Positions 48,488-61,800 of a stretch of 64,000 bases of DNA are shown piece by piece (positions within the stretch are counted from its first letter, which is position 1; the number at the start of each line of letters is the position of its first letter). Made by a program: the position numbers and the translations under genes. The stretch is from contig MU004238.1 in the NCBI GenBank assembly GCA_010405405.1, positions 1,499,530-1,563,529 of the forward strand, written 5' to 3'. The notes under the pieces are model-generated. The model was not told the DNA's origin. It searched no databases and saw only the letters and a program-made list of their open reading frames with translations. Origin of the DNA: Microthyrium microscopicum (taxonomy: Eukaryota).

Positions 48488-50395
48488 TCACTTGCGGATT
48501 GTCGTAGAGGTCATTGCATGCATACGGTTCCATCCGCCTTCGTTATTCTTCACTCCGTACTCCTGAATGCAGCAGATGAAAGGCCTATTTCGTGGAGTAA
48601 TGGCCAAGTCATGAGTGCCATTGCGTTTGCTTTCTTCGATCTCGCCCCAAAGAGCGAAAAGCTTTTCACGAAGCTCTTTCAGAGTTTCGGGATTTTTGCG
48701 CAGACTAGGAAACATTAGATAAAGAACCGAAAATAAAACATGGGTACTCACTCGCAAGCATCAAGGTTCAACAGAAACTGGGCGTTCTTGTTGTTGACTA
48801 TGAGCATCAGCTTCTCCCGTGGTTGGCCTAGATTTGGATGAGCATCTTCAACTAGAAGATAGAACGCCCATTCCCATCTATTTTCGCATTGAGTGAAGTT
48901 CCAGGTGGCCGATGTGTCCATCGGGATGTCGTTGTATTCCGGGTCATCCAGGGACTGGCAGAAGTCTTCCAGATCTGGCTTGAAATCCAGGACTCGAACT
49001 TGCGCACGATAGGATTTGTTGACGAATGGAAACGTTATGGGTTTGCCGGTTCTAGGATTGGTGCCCTGCAACTCTGGGGCCTCTATGATAGACACTACAT
49101 CTGTGAGAATCTCCAATGGAAAACCAGGCACAACTATGTCGGTGTTAGTCTTAACATTTTCGTGGGCGGGCCAGTTGAACACTGCAATGAGATAGGCTTC
49201 TGAACTTACCGAGTGGATTTGCAATAGGTGCAGTAGTCTGCTGCTGAGGCTTAGGAGCTTGATTTTGTCTCTCCAGCTCTTCTTGCTCAAGTCTTTCTCG
49301 CTCTGCCTCTTTTCTCTTTTTCTTGTCCCGCTTCTTTTTAGCATTTTTACTTTGCTTGTCAAGGTCTTCAGAGGGCGATGGAGGTAGCTCATGGTACTCC
49401 TTTCTGGCCTTCAGAAGTTTTAATAGTCTAAGGTCCCCTTCTTGCAATTTGAAAATGTCGATTTGATTTGGTCGGTCGGTGTCAGTGTGCAACTTGCCCT
49501 CGATAATGCTTTCAGAGTTGTTTCTATGTCTGACTAGGAGGTTGCGGATCCAGACAAAATCACCCACAGAGATATTGTGGGTGGCCCAGTCAGCATGAGG
49601 CGAGAATAAAGACACCTGTACCGTTCTTTTTCCACTAATAAGGTTATTGTGGGATTGAGAGCCAGAGTCAATAAGTCCTTGATCAAAGAAAAATGGGTTT
49701 TCGGTATAGTCGGTGATATATAGGGAGTACACGCTTGATGCGCCGGATTCCCACCAGGTCTTGACAACCTCCCCAACGACATTGTAGAATCTGTCTACTC
49801 GAAGAGAACTTAGCTCGACCGGGCTGTTGTTGGTTGTCTGTGCCTGGCTTGCGAAAGTCTCTTTGCGTTTCCAGCTTGATAAGTGCAGAGCGTAGAGCTG
49901 TTCAAGATCGGTAAGCTTGCGCGTACTTCTGTCCGGAATTTTGGTATATTTGAATTTGGGGTTTGTGATGTGGGTTCCTGCGAATTCGACGTCTGGCAAG
50001 TCGTTGTTCTGAATGACCACTAGGGTGTTGATTCGATTGGCCACCAACTCTTGTTCTCTATCGCGCGTGGTTCGTTTGGAGGCCGACCAGACGAACACAA
50101 TATTGCCAATTCCAGTAATAGTGTCGACATCCTCTCTATTTCTGTAGAAGAGTCTGAGAGGAAATTGGTGTCCATCGGGGGATTGCAAAACAACCTTAAT
50201 CATCCAATCTGGATGTTGTTAGTTGCGTGAAAATGAAGTGCCAATGGATGACAATATACCTTTTGTTTCAAGCTCCTTGGGTGGAAGGTGATCGCAAATG
50301 ACGCCTACTACATCGTATTTTGTGTTGGAGCTTGAGGCAATGTCCACAAGATGTGTAAATCCATGGGGCAGCGGTGGGACTAGGAAATCTGTCAT
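48488..50395 (-). CDS. POT1: Telomere ssDNA-binding protein Pot1 (OB folds); 4 exons
   Basis: YDVVGVICDHLPP, FYNVVGEVVK..LYITDYTENP, FPFVNKSYRAQVRVLDFKP.LEDF, WEWAFYLLVEDA, LREKLFALWGEIEE, PFICCIQEYGV. Confidence 0.9.
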
Positions 50396-51334
50396 GATTA
50401 CGGTTATGGATAGGGGATCATGGGAAATTCAAACATCAGAATTTTATCATTGTCTTTAGGCTGCGGGGAGTTTAATAAGGCTGATGGCTGTCTGAGGTTG
50501 CACATGTGCACGAGTTTGAAGTGGCTTTGCGAAGGCACGCGTCAAGGGGCTCGAGGAGCAACGCGACGCGTTTAATTCACGATTCTCTAAGCCGACAAAA
50601 CTGAGCCATTGATCTGGGAGATACTCCCACCGAGGAGAGATCCGCCATAACACATCTTAAAAAGGAACTGCTTTGATTCCAGCGCGTCTAACAAGATTGC
50701 AAGTAATCAACGCACTTGATGATAGCAATGAGCTAAAGCCCTGCATTACTACAGGAGCAACCGTGGTAGAGATCGTGTTAGATAGTTTCTCGGATAGTTG
50801 ATGTATTCAAAGTCAATCAAAAGCCCTTTTCATCAAACGTATCTTGAGTTCTTGACAAATTTCACATTCGATGGGAGTATTATGAAGAACTTGTTAACTC
50901 GCTTAATTTGCCGCCAGACAAGCGGTCAGTACGAGATGCCAAGTAGTCACGTGCCTTTTGCGGAAAATCGTTAATCCGGGGTTACTGGGTTAGTCTGGGT
51001 TATGCTTTCAGGAGCAGCCTGAAATCGACCAGTTACAACGACTGGTTGTCAAGCTCAGCATCTGCCCGCGCTTGCCCTCTTCTGACCCACTTAACCAGAA
51101 CGCTCTTGCATCTTTCACAACCGCCCTCTCCTGCACCTCACTCCACCAACAACCTTCACTAACCTTCTTCAACTACCCACTTTGTATTTCCAGCAACTCT
51201 CTGACACTCAACCCCACCGTCACCACTTCGTTATTTGTTCGCATCAACACTGTTGCGACTGCTTTAGACATACTTAAGTTCTCGTCAAAAGTCGCCCCGC
51301 ATCCCCATCCGCTCAAAGCGTGACAACTACCATC

Positions 51335-53095
51335 ATGGCTGAACGATATATCCCAGAGCATCGTCGAAATCAGTTCAAGGCCAAGGGTGCTTTCAAACCC
51401 GATGAGCTTCGACGTCGCCGCGAAGAACAGCAGGTTGAAATTCGAAAGAACAAGCGCGAGGAGAATTTGGCCAAGCGTCGTGGAATTGCTGGTCGTGACA
51501 ATCCTGGTGCTTCTCTTGGTGCCGCTCCAGACAGTGATGATGAAGGACTCAATATTGAAACTCAGGTAAGTCATCGAATCTGCACAAGTCATTTTGACGT
51601 CTCAAGAACGAAACACTAATCCTTGTACAGCTTAATGAAGAGCTTCCTGTGATGGTACAAGGTGTCTTCTCCGATGACATTGATCAACAAATCCAGGCTA
51701 CTACAAAGTTCCGCAAGCTGCTCTCCAAAGAGCGCAACCCTCCTATCGAAAAGGTCATTGAGACTCAAGTCGTTCCTCGTTTCGTAGAATTCTTGCGATC
51801 ACCACATACTCTTGTTCAATTTGAGGCTGCTTGGGCTCTTACGAACATTGCATCGGGCTCCGCTGCCCAGACCCAGGTCGTCATCGAGGCTGGTGCCGTG
51901 CCTATCTTCGTTGAACTTCTGAGCAGCCATGAACCTGATGTGCGCGAACAAGCCGTCTGGGCCCTTGGAAACATTGCTGGTGATAGCCCCGTGTGTCGCG
52001 ATTTTGTCCTTCAACAGGGTGCTCTTCGCCCACTTCTTGCTCTCCTCGGGGATAGCCGTAAGCTCAGCATGCTTAGAAATGCCACCTGGACTCTGAGCAA
52101 TTTCTGTCGTGGCAAGACTCCCCAACCCGATTGGGCGACTGTAGGTGACATCAATCCAATTTTCATATATCAGATTCTAATACCAGAAACAGATCTCGCC
52201 AGCACTGCCAGTCTTAGCCAAGCTTGTCTACAGCCTCGACGACGAGGTTTTGATTGACGCTTGCTGGGCTATTTCCTATCTCTCGGATGGCTCAAACGAC
52301 AAGATCCAGGCAGTCATCGAAGCGGGTATCCCCCGCCGTCTTGTGGAACTTCTGATGCATGCCTCTACCTCCGTCCAAACTCCAGCTCTTCGCTCTGTAG
52401 GAAATATTGTCACCGGAGACGACGTTCAGACACAGGTCGTTATTAACGCCGGTGCTTTACCAGCGCTCCTTCATCTTTTGAGCTCTCCCAAAGACGGCAT
52501 TCGCAAAGAGGCTTGCTGGACCATCTCGAACATAACTGCCGGTAACTCCCAGCAGATTCAGTCAGTGGTTGATGCAAACATTATTCCGCCTCTGATCAAC
52601 CTCCTTTCTCATGGCGATTTCAAAACTCGCAAGGAAGCTTGCTGGGCGATCTCGAATGCTACCTCTGGTGGTCTCCAAAAGCCAGATCAAATCCGATACC
52701 TCGTTCAATGCGGCTGCATTCAACCCCTCTGTGACCTTCTTTCCTGCCCGGATAATAAGATCATTCAAGTCGCTTTAGACGGGTTGGAGAACATTCTCAA
52801 GGTCGGTGAGCTTGATAAGGAGGCCTCTAATGAGCCCGTCAACAAATATGCACTCTTCATTGAGGAATGTGGTGGCATCGAAAAGATTCATGATTGCCAG
52901 AACAACGCCAATGAGGAAATCTATATGAAGGCATTTACCATCATTGACAAATATTTCTCCGACGACGACGAAGACCAGAATGAGCAATTGGCTCTCAACC
53001 CAGCTGTCGGACAAGATGGTACTTTCGGCTTCGGTGCTCAACAACAGCAAGAAAAGTTCAACTTTGCCAATGGTAACGACTCCATGGACATGTAG
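51335..53095 (+). CDS. SRP1: Importin subunit alpha; 3 exons
   Basis: IBB domain [29 protein letters not shown] repeats [40 protein letters not shown]. Confidence 0.97.
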
Positions 53096-54845
53096 GAAAT
53101 GTAAACGTCGCAAACACCACAGAGTCGATCACCAAATTCCCACCAAAGTCGAGCGCCCTGATGAGTCCAGCGTCTCATTCGTCGCAGCTGCCATCCATAT
53201 ATTCGGCATTACCACACCAGCCTTTCAACTGCACAATCTAGCAAAATACCGCCCAAGATCTTCTCTTTGCACAAATACGTACAAAGATGTCCTTGGGTAG
53301 ATCGGCTGGTCGATGGTTCAAGCCATTCACCTCACATAATCCAACTCTCCACTGCTACTTTCACACCTCTGCCCCATCCCTAAGCAGTTGGAGGTTTCAT
53401 CCCTTCGTCATGACCGTCATGAACAATAGATACACCATCTTGTAACCCCAATCATCACCCAACGTCGACTATTGACACATCCGAACCCCAGCATGATATC
53501 ACTGCGCACACTAAGTACAAGTCGTCTCTGCTTCATAGCTTGTATCATGGTTTGGTCGGTATTATTTTCAGGGGAGTTTAGTATTCGATCAAGAGGTCAC
53601 GCCATCATGGTATTGATCGAAAGTCTGCAAGTTGATATGCGAAAGTGAAGGAACGGATTGTATAGAATGCCAGAAAAGGAGAATGAAATCAAATGCTAAA
53701 AACTGTTCGATGCATACACTTGTGAGTGTATTCGTTCGTTCGTTAAATCTAGCCTGTACACCACATCTCTATTAAGGCTAGGTACGTAAAGATAGTCTCA
53801 TCAGTATTCTTTTGACCAAGAACTAGACCTGCTTGCAGAGCAACATCGTCCGTCAGTCCCGCTTGCCCAGGGCAGGAACTAGATTAATCCTCAGCAGGCG
53901 TACACACATGATTCTAGTTATGGCTCCATAGAGATTGTTATTCAGTAAGTAAATAAAAAGAGCCACGGGCCACACTGATAGTCACATAGATTGCCGGGCG
54001 TATATTAAGCCTACAAGGATAACTTCGGCTCCACATTCACTTCATCTACTTATTTCGCTAACGTTCACGATCATTAGCCAAGAACTACTACAGTAGTTCA
54101 TTTTATCAGCCCCAAGGTCCAACAAGCAACCATGGGGCGTGCGTAGGTCTAACCGACATTGGTATTTCGCTGTCTTGACCTGGTAGTTGATCTGGGCAAG
54201 ATGACCAACCTCCAACTAGGATTCAATTTCGAGTTTTGCTGTCCATGTTAAGCCATCATGGATAACACCTTCCTAGGTAGATGGTCGAGTTGATGAGGAG
54301 CATTTCATACTCGAGGTGTATATCTTGTGCGGCCAACAGACTCTTCGCTCGGGTTGGGTCTTCTACCTGGCAGCTATATTCGAGTTGGCATTATGAACCT
54401 TGCTCCGGAGTCCGCTTTGATTGTTTAGCTAGTATGCACGGAATACGCAGCGACCAGCCCTTGCAGATCTTTTTCTAAACCACATCTCCCTCTGGTGGTG
54501 TGTGGTAAAAATCGTGTCGTGTTAGACGGCAGGTGAAGGTTTCTGGGTCCACGATCTCTCCTTGCATATCCATCAGCAACGACTTCCAACACTCGACCTG
54601 GCCACCTTCCTCAGTCAGGATGTCTCTATGAAAACAAGTTATATCGAGTCCATGGTGGGAAGTGCGACTCTTCGCAACTGGGAATTGGCTGCTTCTTTCT
54701 ATTTTGGCGGATGGAACCATTTCTCTGGCGTCGCAAACAAAGTCAACCAATTCACAACAACCCATAATCCCGCGGACTTGAAAATCAAGTCAAACTTTCG
54801 CTATTACGTCGCTCGTTACCATACTTTTGGCACCTATTAGCAGCA

Positions 54846-56144
54846 ATGGCGAAACTACATCATATCAGCGCTTTCAACACCATATTATACATCCTCACCC
54901 TTACCAACCTCTGTCAATCGCAAAGCTGCCCATGCGGATATTCAGTAGGCAATTCTGTATTCACCGAGGCCATGGAAACCGACTTCACTCAAGTCCAGTC
55001 CCTTAATAGTATCATCGGCGACTGGCAAGTGCAAGACTGGCGCAGCAATGCCAGCGCCGACGCCAATATACCCTACAACCGCGTCACGCAATATGCGAAT
55101 GTCATCGCCGGTAACAGTCAAGGCCTGCAGATGATGGTGCGCACCGCCTCGGACGACTCAATCGGCTGCTCTGAGATACGGACTGCGCGGAACGATATCA
55201 AGTTTGGCAGTTTTCGCATCAACATGAAAACGACGCCTATCAACGGGACTTGCGCTGCTTTTTTCTGGGTATGCCACCCAATACGAAGTATGAAGTCTTT
55301 GCTAATATAGTGAGATAGTACCAAGACGACGCCCACGAAATTGATGTCGAGATCCTCTCCCGTGAACTCACCACTGGTCTCGACGGCACACCCGGCCCCG
55401 TCGCCAATCTCGTTATACACTCCCCCGAGTCGCAAGCAGCAGGCTTTGACGCTTCCAAAACTAACTCGTTCATGAAGGACACCATGGACTGGAATCCGAC
55501 CAAAGACTTTCACGAGTATCGTGTAGACTGGCTGGCAGACGGTGTCCAATTCTATACCGACAACAGCAAAGTCAAGCAGATGACAAACAACGTCCCCGAA
55601 AATCCAGGACGAGTGTTTATAAATCATTGGAGTAATGGCTCGCCAGGCTGGAGCGGTGGGCCACCAAAAGAAGATGCGACAATGTGGGTGCGGTATACGC
55701 GCTTGTACTTCAACTCGAGCGATCCTAAGCTTGTTCAGTCGGCGGAGAAGCGGTGTAGTGCAGCGAGGAGTAAAGGGTCCAAGAATTTGGTGTGTGATAT
55801 CGGCGGTGGATCAAATAATGGCGGCGGGAACAATGGAGGAGGTAATACTAGCGGAGGAAATAGTAATAACGGCGGCGGTACTGGGAGCAATGGTGGAAAT
55901 TCGAGCAGTGTGTTTGTTCCCTCGTCACCAGTTTTGCCGACGAATTCAAGTGGTAGCTCCTCAAGCTGGGCAGATCGTAAGGATATACCCCCTTTCTCTT
56001 TGGCAGGATAGTATTAACGTCGTTGTAGTACCAGATGGATCAGACTCGGACAAGAAAGGTGCAGCATCGCCTCAACTTGGTGGTAATGTCGGTGCATTGC
56101 TCGCTCTCAGTTTTCTTTGTATCGTCAGCGTTCATTTCATATGA
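54846..56144 (+). CDS. Secreted GH16 glycoside hydrolase/transglycosylase, probably GPI-anchored; 3 exons
   Basis: Signal peptide and CPCGY; catalytic EIDVE; FHEYRVDW; NHWSNG.PGWSGGPP; Gly/Asn/Ser linker. A last intron (~55977-56028) gives the hydrophobic tail GALLALSFLCIVSVHFI*. Confidence 0.88.
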
Positions 56145-57333
56145 TGAGCGTAAGATTGAACTGGATATTAGCGACGTGCATACCTTACAGCATATAATAT
56201 TTGGCAGCGCATTTCGGCAAGGTTTGTATTTCTAGCATTTCATGGGCGCGATTTGCGAGTCCAGAGTTTGGTCCTTGTTGATGTTTTCCATTACATCTTG
56301 TGTTGGGATGCTAGATACTTTTATAAACCTCCAGTGTAATGTAATATCAGTGTAAAACTATCCGTTACCTCTAACAATTCACTTTATGGATATGTTCTTA
56401 ACTTTGTTTTGTCGTAAATGATAGATTGGTCTTCGAAAGCAGCGCATTTAAGTACCTGGTAGATGTAAGCACTAAGTCTGGTTTCTATAAGCCTATACGT
56501 TGCTTGATTTCCTGTACATGGGTTAAGGTAGAATCTTCGACGGTCTTTACTCTTGAGCAGTGTAGGATGAATTCGTACTTGTACTCGAGTTGCAACCATT
56601 CAGTGACCGCACGAATCAACCAATTCAGCGCCGACATCCGTGCTGTTATTTGCAGATACTGCAAGTAGATATGATCTTCACCCGCATGGAACGGCGGGTC
56701 TACCAATTCAGAGTATCATGACAAGGAGTTCGACTCTGTACCGGACTGCAATGGGAGCGTTCAAAACATGTTTGCCTATCATCAGACGCCTGCTCGCTTC
56801 AGTAATATGACTTAACCGTGATGAGTTGTGCATAGCGAATAGGGACAAAGCAATAAAACTAGCTAACTCAAGAATGGACCTAGAGCGGCATCAACATACC
56901 CTACATCTACTTCCTGCGAATCCTGTTGACAACCTTGTTCTTTATGCATATATCTGGCACCAAGTAGACTTGAGTGAGTATTTGCGTTGTTCAATAAAGA
57001 GTATCGATTGGTAGCAATTAATATTTTGGTGGTGATATGGCGTAAAGTAGCTACAGCATTCAGGCGCAGAAATACATTGTACAAATGCTGTCGCCCGGAT
57101 AAAGCCTTTTGTGGGAGCAAACAAGGTAGTTTCTGCTCATATTTTGGGTCATGACCGTCCTATAAAAATGGAAAGCGCTGATTGTCAACGTATTTGAGGG
57201 GTAAATATTCTGCCTATTAGGCTGAAATTCGTTAGCCTTTCATTGCCCTTTCCTGCTCACGAGTCGGCATCGAGAAGCTCCATATCCTTAAGCTTTTCTC
57301 CTACAACAATATCTACAACCTCGCGCTCTCACG

Positions 57334-58869
57334 ATGTCAGCAAATTCGCCGAACCTGGAGGTGATAATATCTCGGGCAGACCTCAAATCTCTCCAGGATG
57401 TCGAAAAACCTTCTTTAGCAAGAATATCCGATGTCACACACCTATCATCCTACAACTGGCTCGAAGCTCGAGTGCCCACAATCGCCGTGCCAGGCAGTCC
57501 AGCGCTTTGGTGTCCACCAGCAGGTCCTCGGAAAGTCAGAAAAGACCACGGTCTCATCTACATATCGCAGAACGCGGCACGTCATCCAGACTGCCCAATC
57601 GAACCTCTGTTTCGTGCGCTCTACATTACGCACCCATCCTTCGATATTTCGGAGGTAGACGTGATATCGGATCGCAACAACATTCGAAAGCTGCTAGGCT
57701 TCATCAACCCAGGATCATCCAAATACAAACCCGACTCCTTCAGCATCAGCGTCGAAGTTATCAAAAAAACTGCCATCTTTAGTCGAGAAGAAACGGCAAC
57801 GACGGAATTTCTTGGACCACGGGACTTTCGAGGGTTTGGCCATGAATTCGAGAAGCTCTACACGGTTAAGAAGTTACGGCAGAGCTCTGGACATCATCGG
57901 ATCTTATCTTACAAGTTTGGCGGTTTGGACATCATCATTCGCCATGAGACGGATGGATTCGTGCAGCTGCCGTCTGACCCACCACCTGCCGCTAAGAAAA
58001 TCGAAGATATTTCGAATTTGCTGGGCTCTCTAACACTCTCGACCGAATCTAAAGCTGCTAAGGTCGGCAAGACATCAAAGTCAATCAACCCTCACTCCAA
58101 GCTGATCGTCACTGAAGACGGCAACGTGGTTCCACGAGAATTCACGCTCGAGATCAAGACAAAAGTGTTTCACAAACCACTGGAAATACCCGAGATCGCA
58201 CCTCAGCTTTGGGTATCACAAACGCCTATGCTTGTCCGAGCTTACCACAAGGACGGCCTATTCAGAGACCCGGTGGCAGAAGATGTGAGCGACAAGATTG
58301 CCAAGTGGGAGCAGGACAATGAGGAGCATTTGGCCCAGCTGGCAGGCTTGATCAAGAAGATCATCGAAGTCAGCAAGGCATGCGGCGGCAAGGCTATCGT
58401 TAGGTACGATGTAAAAGCTGATACACTGACGGTGTCAAAACATCAGCGTAAGGATATGTTGCCCAAGGATTTATACTCAAAGTGGGGTATCTCGGATCTG
58501 ACCGCTGAGCACCAGAGCACGGAATCTATGAGCAAAGATGCTGAGAAGGCGGAGGACGACAAGAAAGAAGATTACAAAAACGAGCACAACAAGAATGAAA
58601 GTGAAGGAATTGTCGAGAAGAAGGATCGGAAGAAAGGTGCCAACAGGAGAAGTAAGAAGAAGGATGACGACAAGAAGGATAATAAGAAGGACTTGGACAG
58701 CAAGACTAAACAGAAGAAATACGTCAAAAAGAAGAGCGAAAAGAAAGAAGTGGAAGAGCCTACAGAAGTTCAACCTGATAATGATATCGCTCCGGCCATA
58801 TCAGCCACACGATCGAATCCCTCTACGGGACTCGATAAGACCGCAGAATTGAGTAGCAAACTTGAGTAA
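57334..58869 (+). CDS. RAI1/DXO-like PD-(D/E)xK nuclease-fold protein with charged C-terminal tail
   Basis: SSYNW, DRNNIRKL, GFGHEFEK, HHRI..Y..GGL...RHETDG, LEIKT, PQLWVSQTP. Confidence 0.7.
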   Translation: MSANSPNLEVIISRADLKSLQDVEKPSLARISDVTHLSSYNWLEARVPTIAVPGSPALWCPPAGPRKVRKDHGLIYISQNAARHPDCPIEPLFRALYITHPSFDISEVDVISDRNNIRKLLGFINPGSSKYKPDSFSISVEVIKKTAIFSREETATTEFLGPRDFRGFGHEFEKLYTVKKLRQSSGHHRILSYKFGGLDIIIRHETDGFVQLPSDPPPAAKKIEDISNLLGSLTLSTESKAAKVGKTSKSINPHSKLIVTEDGNVVPREFTLEIKTKVFHKPLEIPEIAPQLWVSQTPMLVRAYHKDGLFRDPVAEDVSDKIAKWEQDNEEHLAQLAGLIKKIIEVSKACGGKAIVRYDVKADTLTVSKHQRKDMLPKDLYSKWGISDLTAEHQSTESMSKDAEKAEDDKKEDYKNEHNKNESEGIVEKKDRKKGANRRSKKKDDDKKDNKKDLDSKTKQKKYVKKKSEKKEVEEPTEVQPDNDIAPAISATRSNPSTGLDKTAELSSKLE

Positions 58870-61800
58870 TGTTTGGCTGCTTCTTGTACTTATAGAAATT
58901 ATTAATGATTGATACTTGATTCTGACTTTCCTGATTCACTTGAGATTGATTGATATATTGTGGTGCTTCTAACACTAGCGATCTATTGTCCTGGAGAGGA
59001 AGAAATATTATTACCATTTTGATGCAATTGGTGCCCGATGTGATTTCGTAAATCAAGCCATTACTAGGGGAGTAATGGCAAAGAGTATATGCATATGTGA
59101 CCTTCATCTGGTATGGACAACCTGTAGAACACCATACACATATTGTACAAGGGATGAAATCATCCAAGAACGACATTCCAAAAAACATGTCATGTATGCT
59201 ATGTTCACAAGCCTTTTTATTTCCAACAGTTTCTAGGCTTGTTTATACGTCGTGTTATGCATACTCCTCACATCAGCTGTTCAAGTACATTTCGACAACA
59301 AGCAAGTCAACCCGAGTAGCATGGGAAGTCTACAAAATGTACGTGACTTCCCTGAGAGCAATTCCGGACTAGTGGAACAATCGGGGCGTCCCAGCATCGC
59401 AAATTCACATTCAGGTCGATATTACATTGCGACTGGGGGGTCTTGCGAGCAGACGGGGATTGGAGAGGTCACGGAATGGTTGTCGATGCATCCAGCCCCA
59501 GATGGGGTAGAGGAGCGTGACTTGTTAATGTCTGGTACGGCTGCGAACCTTCTGGAACGGAATTCTTATATTGATATGTTATATTGACAGATTGGAAGGC
59601 TTCGAGAATCATATGTGGAACCTTATTGATTGCGTCAACGTCAAGAGCTATCTATGGAAGAAAGGTAGTGGGCCCACGGAGGGAACCGCGATGGTACTTG
59701 GACTAATGCATGAAAGATATGGGCATGATAAGTGACTCACAAGTACTCCTTTTTCCATGCCCGGGATGGGACAGCACGGGGCGTAACTTAAAAGCCATGT
59801 GAGCGTATTGACTACATGTCCAGAGTGCAAGGCCAGCTACTAGGTCTCTGCATGTTAGAACACTGGAGTACCTTGCCATAAGTCTCCTAGTACATTTCAA
59901 AGTCTGCAAGAGTATTCGTGCTGTCTTGAAGCGGCTTCCTTCCTGTCATGCATAAGCGGCGGCATCCATTGCGATCATTCACCATCACTTGCAGATAATA
60001 GCTCAAAAGATCCCTAGAGTAAATCAAACCGTACCTTCTATGATAAGTGACCCAATGGTCGATTCGTGGAAGGTTTAGTTGATCGATGTGCCACACACAT
60101 CTGAGACCTACATATTCTCCGACCACAAAAATATCCGACTCGCGTGCTCTAGTACGCATTTATGGAGTTTGGCGGCCTCGTTTTCTTCCGTGGGTCTGGG
60201 GTAAGCATGGGGCAGAAGCAAGCAACTTTGTTCATTCAGTTAGCAGCTCCGCGTACCGGCGACGTTTCCGTGCTGCACGTCCTTAGGCGCGGCGCGCGGT
60301 TGTTGTGCGTGGATCGACGCAGGTGATCTGTTGGGGCGAAGAGTGTATTTGCGGGGGAGTGGACGCATAGCAGTGGAGGTACCGAGGTGGTAGGCCGGGT
60401 AGATGTTGAGTTCGGGAGCAATATATAACATGTGTTTATCCAGGTATAAAGCTGGGATTGAAGTTGGGATTGTGTTTCTGGTAGTCTTTGTGCTGTGAGC
60501 AAAAGTGGAACGGAGCCGACTAGCCTTATGGATTGAGAGATATTGGTAGGATTCGAGACTTGATAGCTACTCGGTGGGAACGTGTGGAAAGAGAGAAGAG
60601 GATCATGGTGAGGAGGATCTGTGTCTTGGAGGTGGTAGGCATTACGCATTGGTCTTGTCAATTGACTTCGTTCTCTGGATTCTCATTGGCGACATGCAGT
60701 GCTATGTGGACAGGGCCTGTGCCTGCTTGTTGCTGTTCCATGGAATGCATCGCAAGGGTGGCGTTGAACATGGTCTTTGTAGCTTCGTTGATTGTTGGAA
60801 GCTTTAAACATCTGAGAAGCACACGACATTCGGGCCGCTCCATTCGAAGCTAAGCAATTAGTTAGTCAAGTGTGTATGATAGCCTGGCCAGAGCCTAGAG
60901 GTGGCGGTACGGAATGATACTTCCGAGAAGCGTTGATAATACCCAGGAAGTACCAATTTGTTACGTTATCAACCATACACCAAGGCATGATAGATGCTAC
61001 TCTTGCTTATCGTGTCTTCTGGTCTGATTCCAAGTCCGAGTTCAGCCTGTGAATCGAAACAGATACCTGATAAACAACGAGGAGTAGTGTTTATGCTTCA
61101 TTTCATGTGCAGTCGCTCGCGCGTAAAACGAACAGTCAGACATGTATGCGGCGGTATCATCCGCGGGCCTACTATCAGGATGCGTAGATTCTGGGGTACT
61201 GCATGCGCAAAGCGGAGCCAAGTAATGTGTATGAAGAATCGTACCATCACCAGGCCCTTCGTTCGACTTGAAATGCTAGTTGACTGCAAGCTTGGTTTAT
61301 CCATGCAGTAAACCTGGCTCACTCGGTGGTCTGCCCTACGAATTGGTCACTAAGCCAAGTTTAGTCTAAGGCAAGTCAGCATTGAAGTAGGAGCTTTTTA
61401 TATTGCGGCAGCAGTTGAGTGTTGGGGTAATTTGGATATGATATGTTTGCAAACTTACAGGTGAAGTGGGAAGAGATATGCAGAAGATGTCGGCAGTAGA
61501 CGTCGGATGGAAATCATCGCATCTTATTTGACACAACAGTAAAGAAAGGCGAACATTAGATGGACAAGAAGGGCAGTTCAATGGCACCAAGTATATGCAA
61601 CAGTTCTCAATGACCAATAGCAGTTGAATAGTTAGCATGAGCGACTGCAGTCGATACTTGGTTTACATGTGGAGATCATGCAGAAGTCTGCAGGGCAGAC
61701 TTTGATGGGGACGAATATTTTGGCTACACATATGTTAGTGCTTGAGATCATGAGATGAGGTAACAGTCAACCTTTTGGAAAATAGCTCTATCAGTAATCG

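Noticed and set aside
56384..57124. Interrupted minus-strand frames that could be a gene relic
   Set aside because: No recognisable family motif or consistent exon structure.
25669..58869. Apparent enrichment of RNA-metabolism genes (PIN, TRAX, HAD RNA-repair-like, DXO-like) as a functional cluster
   Set aside because: The genes are spread over 33 kb among unrelated housekeeping genes, with no evidence of co-regulation.
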